From the NCBI GenBank assembly GCA_910584115.1, contig CAJTYN010000002.1, positions 1 to 62,237 of the forward strand: 62,237 nt of DNA, given 5' to 3'. The notes beneath the pieces are model-generated. The model saw nothing but the letters and a program-made list of their open reading frames with translations. It was not told where the DNA came from and made no database searches. This DNA is from an uncultured Lachnospiraceae bacterium (GTDB lineage: Bacteria; Bacillota; Clostridia; Lachnospirales; Lachnospiraceae). The position numbers were made by a program, and so were the translations under genes. Positions 56,391-62,237 of this stretch are shown piece after piece. Within the stretch, counting starts at the first letter, position 1. Every line of letters begins with the position of its first letter.

Positions 56391-57371
56391 ATGAAAAATA
56401 TACAACAGGATATCCAGTCAGGAGAGCTGAAAAGAGCATATCTATTATATGGGGACGAGAGTTATCTGAAGCAGCAGTACAAGAAGCACTTGTTAAGAGC
56501 GCTGATCCCCGATGGGGACACGATGAACATGGCATCCTACCAGGGAAAGAACATTGACGTGGGTCCGCTGATCGAGCTGGCGGAGACGATGCCCTTCCTG
56601 GCAGAGAGGCGGGTCATCCTGGTGGAGGACAGCGGCTTTTTCAAAAATAAATGCGACCGGCTGGCGGACTATATGAAAGAGCTTCCCGACTATCTGTGCA
56701 TGGTCTTTGTGGAAGACCAGGTGGATAAGCGCAGCCGCATGTACAAGGCGGTGGGGAAGGCGGGCAGGGCCGTGGAGTTCGCCGTCCAGGATGAGAAGAC
56801 CCTGACGCAGTGGGTTCTGGGGATATTCTCCAGGGGCGGCAGGCGCATCACGAAAAAAGATATGGAGTTGTTCATGTCCAAAGTGGGTTCTGACATGGGG
56901 AATATCTATCAGGAAGCAGAAAAACTGATCTGCTACACGATGGGCAGTGACAAGATCACGGCGCAGGATATCGAGGCGGTCTGCGTCACCCAGATCACCA
57001 ATAAGATCTTCGACATGGTGCGGGCCGTGACGGAGCGGGATCAGAAGAAGGCCCTGGATCTGTATGAGGATCTGCTGGCCTTGCGGGAGCCGCCCATGAG
57101 GATCCTCTATCTGCTGGCCCGTCAGTTCAGGCAGCTGATGCAGACAAAAGAGATGCTGGAGGAAGGGAAAGGGCAGCAGGAGATCAGTAAGACATTGGGG
57201 ATCCCTGGGTTTGTGGCGCGGAATTATGTAAATTGTGTGAAAGGTTATGAGAAAGACCGGCTCAGACAGGCGGTGGAGGATCTTACCAGTGCAGAGGAGG
57301 ACGTGAAGACCGGCCGACTGGGGGACCGGCTGAGCGTGGAACTGCTGATCGTACAATACAGTTCAAGATGA
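56391..57371 (+). CDS. holA: DNA polymerase III delta subunit
   Basis: YLLYGDESYL, TMPFLAERR, EAEKL, IFDM and EPPMRIL motifs; conserved position between comEC and rpsT. Confidence 0.92.
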   Translation: MKNIQQDIQSGELKRAYLLYGDESYLKQQYKKHLLRALIPDGDTMNMASYQGKNIDVGPLIELAETMPFLAERRVILVEDSGFFKNKCDRLADYMKELPDYLCMVFVEDQVDKRSRMYKAVGKAGRAVEFAVQDEKTLTQWVLGIFSRGGRRITKKDMELFMSKVGSDMGNIYQEAEKLICYTMGSDKITAQDIEAVCVTQITNKIFDMVRAVTERDQKKALDLYEDLLALREPPMRILYLLARQFRQLMQTKEMLEEGKGQQEISKTLGIPGFVARNYVNCVKGYEKDRLRQAVEDLTSAEEDVKTGRLGDRLSVELLIVQYSSR

Positions 57372-57404
57372 AAGTCAGATGTTTTGTATCAGGATCTTTG
57401 CAAT

Positions 57405-57440
57405 AAAAAAGGGCAGCCCAAGAGGGGAGGCTGTCCTTTT
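57405..57440. terminator. Bidirectional terminator between holA and rpsT
   Basis: AAAAAAGGGCAGCC...GGCTGTCCTTTT. Confidence 0.8.
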
Positions 57441-57455
57441 CAAAGATCGCTCTGA

Positions 57456-57719
57456 TCAGTTCAGAGCATTTACCGCTTTTGTCAAGCGGGAGATCTTCCG
57501 AGATGATGTGTTTTTATGGTAAACACCTTTTGATGTCGCTTTGCCGATCGTTGAAACAGCTTTTGACAGAGCCGCTGTCGCAGCTTCCTTATCGTTCTGG
57601 TCAATGGCTGCGTATACTTTCTTGATAGAAGTCTTTACAGCAGACCTGGTCGCTTTATTCCTGGCAGCCCTTGTCCTGTTTACCAGGATCCTTTTCTTTG
57701 CGGATTTGATATTAGCCAA
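57456..57719 (-). CDS. rpsT: 30S ribosomal protein S20
   Basis: ANIKSAKKR, RNK, KGVYHKNTSSRKISRL; TTG start 6 nt after SD GGAGGTG. Confidence 0.97.
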   Translation of the reverse strand: MANIKSAKKRILVNRTRAARNKATRSAVKTSIKKVYAAIDQNDKEAATAALSKAVSTIGKATSKGVYHKNTSSRKISRLTKAVNALN

Positions 57720-57732
57720 CTGTGGCACCTCC

Positions 57733-57833
57733 CATTCCTGTGGATCTTTTGATGATGGATCTGTGGTGACCGTATCATTTCGTGATACGATCCATCCCGG
57801 TGGACAGACACGGACATTCCACCGGAAACATAC
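57733..57833 (-). ncRNA. Candidate structured rpsT 5' leader
   Basis: Stems CCGGTGGA/TCCACCGG, GATGGATC/GATCCATC and CGTATCA-CGAAA-TGATACG between the promoter and the RBS. Confidence 0.5.
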
Positions 57834-57839
57834 TGTATC

Positions 57840-57868
57840 ATTATATATAGAGGAAAACGTTTTGTCAA
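57840..57868 (-). promoter_or_regulatory. Consensus sigma-A promoter of rpsT
   Basis: Minus-strand TTGACA (57868-57863), 17 bp, TATAAT (57845-57840). Confidence 0.88.
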
Positions 57869-57958
57869 TAGATAGAAGTTCATATATTGCAGATCTTTTT
57901 GGAATCTGGTAGAATACAAGGCGGTCGATCGAATGAGAAAAGATGTTTGGAGGATCAG

Positions 57959-59458
57959 ATGGAAAAGATCTTGTGTTGGGGACAGGCGCTGCGGCGGGAT
58001 AAAGGCATGGCGCTGTCTCTTCTCTATATTTTTTTACCGGTTTTTCTGTTTTTTATGGGATGGCTGAAGTTTTTGCTGGCTGTTCCTCTGTGCCTGCTCT
58101 TTTTGTGGCTGTTCATGCGCGTGAGCCAGAGGCTGTGTACGGGCGGGGGCTGTGTGAGATTTAGATATGAGCCTGAATATTGGGTCACATTATGTGTGGT
58201 CGTGTTCATCTGGCTTCTGTTCAGCGGGATCGGGGGCCTTTCCTATCAGAACAGCGATCATTTCGTGCGCAATCCGATCTATCGGGACTTGGTGGAGCAG
58301 CCCTGGCCTGTGTTCTACGATCTTTCATCTCAGAGGCCGTCCGTCCAGGCGGTGATCGGCAGCGACACCGTGGCGTTTGTGTATTATTTCTGTTTCTGGC
58401 TGCCGCCCGCGCTGCTCTCGAAGATCGCGGGCCTGTGCGGGGGCGGGGAACTGGCGGCAAACGTGTTTCTGTTCCTGTGGGCCTATCTGGGGGTGATGCT
58501 GGTCTTGTACCAGATCCATCGGTATCTGAAGCGGTGCTCCTGGGTGATCCCCGGGATCTTCATCTTCTTTGGCGGGTACGACGCCCTCGGGTATCGGCTG
58601 CTGCGGGGGGACTTTGAACTGGGCGCCCATCTGGAGTGGTGGTGTACGTATTTTCAGTATTCCTCGGATACCACGCTGCTGTATTGGGTGTTCAATCAGG
58701 CGATCCCAGCATGGCTGATCGTGACGATATTCCTCAACATGCGTCGGGATGTGGCGGCGGTGGGAGTCTGCGCATTGATATTTGCCTATTCACCCTTTGC
58801 CACTTTCGGGATGCTGCCCTTGGCGGCTTACGCGGTCCTTCGGAACAGGCGGGAATGGAAGAAGGCGCTGACCTGGGAAAATATCCTGCTCCCGTTCCTT
58901 ATGCTGCTGGTCTTCGGGAGTTTTTACCTGTCGAATCCCGGGAGCATACCTGTGAAAGGCTGGATCTTCAGATATTATCCGGCTGGGGATCTGATAGGGC
59001 ATCATCTCTTGTTCATCGCACTGGAGGTGGGGATCTATCTGCCGTTCTTGAAGGGTCATCTGAGGAAATACGACTATCTGTGGCTGGCTCTGGCAGAATT
59101 GGCGCTGATCCCGCTGTACAGGATGACGCCGGCCAATGACTTTGCCATGCGGGCCTCGATCCCGGGGCTCTTGATCTTGGCGGTGAGCCTGATGCGCCAC
59201 ATCTTAGGATGCCGGAAGAGATGGGCGCGGTGGGCGGTGATCCTGGCGGTGTCCGTGGGTGCGGTCACGCCGATCTCGGAGATCTGCCGCAGCATGACGA
59301 ACACGGTGCTGCAGGGGGCGCGGCCGGTGGAGACGGTCTACAGCTTCCAGGACTTTGCCACGGATGATCGGGGGATCCTGCAGACCTGCAGCAGGCAGTT
59401 TTTTGCGTATGGATATGAGGAGAGTTTTTTCTTTCACTATATGGGAAAGAGAAAGTAG
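57959..59458 (+). CDS. Polytopic membrane protein, possibly a GT-C-fold glycosyltransferase
   Basis: About 12 hydrophobic segments; an early loop YQNSDHFVRNPIYRDL..PWP and later NDFAMRASIP; ATG 57959 after GGAGGA. The function is inference. Confidence 0.7.
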   Translation: MEKILCWGQALRRDKGMALSLLYIFLPVFLFFMGWLKFLLAVPLCLLFLWLFMRVSQRLCTGGGCVRFRYEPEYWVTLCVVVFIWLLFSGIGGLSYQNSDHFVRNPIYRDLVEQPWPVFYDLSSQRPSVQAVIGSDTVAFVYYFCFWLPPALLSKIAGLCGGGELAANVFLFLWAYLGVMLVLYQIHRYLKRCSWVIPGIFIFFGGYDALGYRLLRGDFELGAHLEWWCTYFQYSSDTTLLYWVFNQAIPAWLIVTIFLNMRRDVAAVGVCALIFAYSPFATFGMLPLAAYAVLRNRREWKKALTWENILLPFLMLLVFGSFYLSNPGSIPVKGWIFRYYPAGDLIGHHLLFIALEVGIYLPFLKGHLRKYDYLWLALAELALIPLYRMTPANDFAMRASIPGLLILAVSLMRHILGCRKRWARWAVILAVSVGAVTPISEICRSMTNTVLQGARPVETVYSFQDFATDDRGILQTCSRQFFAYGYEESFFFHYMGKRK

Positions 59459-59615
59459 GGCTTTTATTTTAGGAGATTATATGATAGAATAGATACATTC
59501 GTAGTTCATCAGCCTGTCCAGGCCGGTATTTCTGCAGATGCCGGCAATACATCCATTCAGTTCGGACAGATTTACCCATGTAGGTGTTTGTGAGCGTTAA
59601 GAGAAAGAGAGGATC

Positions 59616-60965
59616 ATGAGAGAAAAATATGAATCCCTGTCGGTAGCAGCTTTGCGGGATCTGGCAAAAAAGAGGGGACTAAAAGGTATCTCTTCGTTGA
59701 AAAAGAGCCAACTGGTAGAAGCTATGCTGGCAGAAGATGAAAAAGATAAGGAAAAAACAGAGGTCAAGGCAGAAGAAAAAGCTGTCGTGAAAGATGGGGG
59801 CAGGGCCGAGGAGCGGATCCCGGTGGAGACTGCCCAGTTAGACAGCGGGCAGAGAGCGGACGGGATCTTGGAAGTGATGCCGGATGGGTATGGATTCATC
59901 CGCTGTGAAAATTATCTGCCGGGTGACAACGACGTGTACGTCTCACCGTCTCAGATACGCAGATTTGGCCTGAAAACGGGGGATATCCTCCAGGGAAACA
60001 TACGGATCAAGACCCAGTCGGAAAAATTCAGCGCGCTCCTATACGTGACTTCCATCAACGGGATCGCACCCAATGAGATGCGGCGCTTTAATTTTGAAGA
60101 TATGACGCCGATCTTCCCTGATGAGCGTCTGATGATGGAGAGGCCCGGGGGGAGCATGGCCATGCGGATCGTGGATCTGATCAATCCGATCGGGAAAGGC
60201 CAGAGGGGGATGATCGTCTCCCCGCCGAAAGCGGGAAAGACCACCCTGTTGAAAGATGTGGCCAAGTCCCTGCTGAAGAACAGTCCGCAGATGCATCTGA
60301 TCATCCTGCTGATCGATGAGCGCCCGGAGGAGGTCACGGATATCCGGGAAGCCATCGTGGGAAAAAACGTGGAAGTCATCTATTCCACCTTTGACGAGCT
60401 GCCGGAGCACCACAAACGTGTCTCCGAGATGGTCATCGAGAGGGCGAAGCGGCTCGTGGAACATAAGAAAGACGTGACCATCCTCCTGGACAGCATCACC
60501 CGGCTGGCCAGGGCTTATAACCTGACGATCCCGCCCAGCGGCAGGACATTGTCCGGCGGTCTGGATCCGGCGGCCCTGCACATGCCCAAGCGTTTTTTCG
60601 GAGCGGCCAGGAACATGCGGGAAGGCGGCAGCCTGACCATCCTGGCGACGGCGCTGGTGGACACGGGCAGCAAGATGGACGATGTGATCTACGAGGAATT
60701 TAAGGGGACAGGGAACATGGAGATGGTCCTGAACAGGAAACTGCAGGAGAAACGTGTCTTCCCGGCCATCGACATCGTACGGTCCGGCACCCGCAGGGAG
60801 GATCTGCTGCTGAGTCCGGAAGAGCAGGAGGCCGTCTACAATATGCGCAAGGCATTGAACGGCATGAAAGCAGAGGAGGCGGTGGAGCAGGTCCTGAACA
60901 TGTTTGCCCGGACGAAGAACAACAATGAGTTCGTGCAGATCGCGCGGAAGCAGAAATTTATCTAA
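59616..60965 (+). CDS. rho: Transcription termination factor Rho
   Basis: [61 protein letters not shown] and [10 protein letters not shown] motifs. Confidence 0.97.
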   Translation: MREKYESLSVAALRDLAKKRGLKGISSLKKSQLVEAMLAEDEKDKEKTEVKAEEKAVVKDGGRAEERIPVETAQLDSGQRADGILEVMPDGYGFIRCENYLPGDNDVYVSPSQIRRFGLKTGDILQGNIRIKTQSEKFSALLYVTSINGIAPNEMRRFNFEDMTPIFPDERLMMERPGGSMAMRIVDLINPIGKGQRGMIVSPPKAGKTTLLKDVAKSLLKNSPQMHLIILLIDERPEEVTDIREAIVGKNVEVIYSTFDELPEHHKRVSEMVIERAKRLVEHKKDVTILLDSITRLARAYNLTIPPSGRTLSGGLDPAALHMPKRFFGAARNMREGGSLTILATALVDTGSKMDDVIYEEFKGTGNMEMVLNRKLQEKRVFPAIDIVRSGTRREDLLLSPEEQEAVYNMRKALNGMKAEEAVEQVLNMFARTKNNNEFVQIARKQKFI

Positions 60966-60970
60966 ACGTC

Positions 60971-60999
60971 TTGCATTCTGACATAAAACGTGCTATAAT
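60971..60999 (+). promoter_or_regulatory. Promoter of rpmE
   Basis: TTGCAT, 17 bp, TGc-TATAAT. Confidence 0.78.
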
Positions 61000-61062
61000 C
61001 CATGAAGCGTTTATGTGGGATGAACACAAGCCAGATCAAAAAAATAGATAGAGGTGAAGAGC

Positions 61063-61263
61063 ATGAAAGAAGGAATCCATCCAGAATACTATCAGGCGAC
61101 GGTGACCTGTAACTGCGGCAACACATTTACCACAGGTTCCACGAAGGAAGATATCCACGTGGAGATCTGTTCCAAATGCCATCCGTTCTATACCGGACAG
61201 CAGAAGGCCGCACAGGCACGCGGGCGCATCGACAAATTTAATAAGAAATATGGTATTCAGTAA
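61063..61263 (+). CDS. rpmE: 50S ribosomal protein L31 (zinc-binding C+ type)
   Basis: [23 protein letters not shown] and [11 protein letters not shown]. Confidence 0.97.
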   Translation: MKEGIHPEYYQATVTCNCGNTFTTGSTKEDIHVEICSKCHPFYTGQQKAAQARGRIDKFNKKYGIQ

Positions 61264-61286
61264 AAGGCGTATATAGTGGAATGAAC

Positions 61287-61317
61287 AGGGTGAGGTGTAT
61301 GATCTCGCCCTATTTTT
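61287..61317 (+). terminator. Terminator after rpmE
   Basis: AGGGTGAG...CTCGCCCT followed by ATTTTT. Confidence 0.7.
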
Positions 61318-61332
61318 CGTTTGGAGGCAGCG

Positions 61333-62237
61333 ATGAGATCATCGAATATCGGCGGGCAGGCCGTCATGGAAGGGATCATGATGCGTCATGGGGACGTATA
61401 TTCCGTGGGCGTGCGCAGGCCGGACGGAGAGATAGAGGTCAAGATCGAAGACTATAAGAGCGTCTTCGGAAAACATACATGGATGAAGTGGCCGCTCCTG
61501 CGCGGCGTGGTCAGTTTTGTGGACTCCCTCGTGGTGGGGACGAGGTGCCTGATGTATTCGGCCTCGTTCTTTGAGGACGAGGAAGAGGAGGCGGCGCAGG
61601 ACCTCTCCCGGGAGGAAGAGCAGGCCCGGGAAAAGAAACAGCAGCAGACGGAGAGCTTATTTATGTATGCCACGGTCATCCTCTCCGTGGTGCTCTCCGT
61701 GGGACTTTTTATGGTGCTGCCCTACTGGGTTGCCCAGGCGGTGCGGTCCTTTACCCGGTCGGATATGGCTTTCGCCGCGGCGGAGGCGGTGGTGAGGATC
61801 TTGATCTTCCTGGCCTATCTGGTGCTGATCTCCCGGATGAAGGATATCCAGCGGGTGTTCATGTACCACGGAGCCGAGCACAAATGCATCAACTGCGTGG
61901 AGAACGGCTGGGAGCTGAATGTGGAAAATGTGATGAAGAGTTCCCGGCAGCACAAGAGATGCGGGACCAGTTTCCTGCTGTTCGTGATGGTGGTCAGCGT
62001 GATCATCCATTTTGGCATCACGCTCCTTCCCATCGAGGCGAAATGGATGCAGGTGCTGCTTCGGATCGTTCTGCTGCCGCTGATCGCGGGGATCTCCTAT
62101 GAATTTATCCGCTGGGCGGGGAGCAGTGATCAGGGCTTCATAAGCCTGCTGAGCAAGCCGGGTCTGGCCCTGCAGAAGCTGACCACCCGGGAACCCCAGC
62201 CGGATATGGCGGAGGTGGCGATCCGCGCCGTGGAGGC
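61333..62237 (+). CDS. DUF1385 (YqhQ-like) membrane protein, truncated by the window end
   Basis: Translated by hand from ATG 61333 (SD GGAGG): MRSSNIGGQAVMEGIMMR, PLLRGV, RVFMYHGAEHKCINC, RCGTSF, LQKLTTREP. Absent from the ORF track because no stop lies in the window. Confidence 0.9.
   Translation, partial: MRSSNIGGQAVMEGIMMRHGDVYSVGVRRPDGEIEVKIEDYKSVFGKHTWMKWPLLRGVVSFVDSLVVGTRCLMYSASFFEDEEEEAAQDLSREEEQAREKKQQQTESLFMYATVILSVVLSVGLFMVLPYWVAQAVRSFTRSDMAFAAAEAVVRILIFLAYLVLISRMKDIQRVFMYHGAEHKCINCVENGWELNVENVMKSSRQHKRCGTSFLLFVMVVSVIIHFGITLLPIEAKWMQVLLRIVLLPLIAGISYEFIRWAGSSDQGFISLLSKPGLALQKLTTREPQPDMAEVAIRAVE

Noticed and set aside
61000..61062. Possible L31 ribosomal leader upstream of rpmE
   Set aside because: The position is plausible, but I could find only a weak TGTG/CACA stem; it needs an Rfam search.

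Overview
A 62-kb stretch of core chromosome from a GC-rich clostridial (Lachnospiraceae-like) bacterium; the taxonomy is inferred from gene content and order. No prophage, IS, integrase or CRISPR array is visible. In order, it holds: tRNA-Leu(TAG); a surface-glycan operon (MBOAT, DHHW protein, GT2, GT2-GT8); tcdA-murB-rapZ-whiA-HPr; an XRE gene pair; a Gld-like ABC system; an SOS-boxed Y-family polymerase/YolD cassette; three MATE transporters; a coiled-coil RND transporter; a REC-GGDEF protein; paaK/ACT; ppk2; a polyol dehydrogenase; a HAD/CAAX-protease pair; gltBD; azlCD; an orphan pduL; comEA-TCS-GerMN-comEC-holA; rpsT; rho; rpmE; and a truncated DUF1385 gene. The best leads are mostly non-coding or recoding signals: (1) a candidate programmed -1 frameshift joining the HAD and CAAX genes (internal SD-like AAGGA, U-UUU-UUU, downstream stem); (2) about five-fold GATC over-representation with GATT/AATC depletion, from two hand-counted samples; (3) a structured ~115-nt rpsT leader; (4) an anti-SD sRNA or attenuator before tcdA; (5) an apparently obligate CTG start for the Y-family polymerase. 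All calls were made by eye; no searches or folding programs were run.
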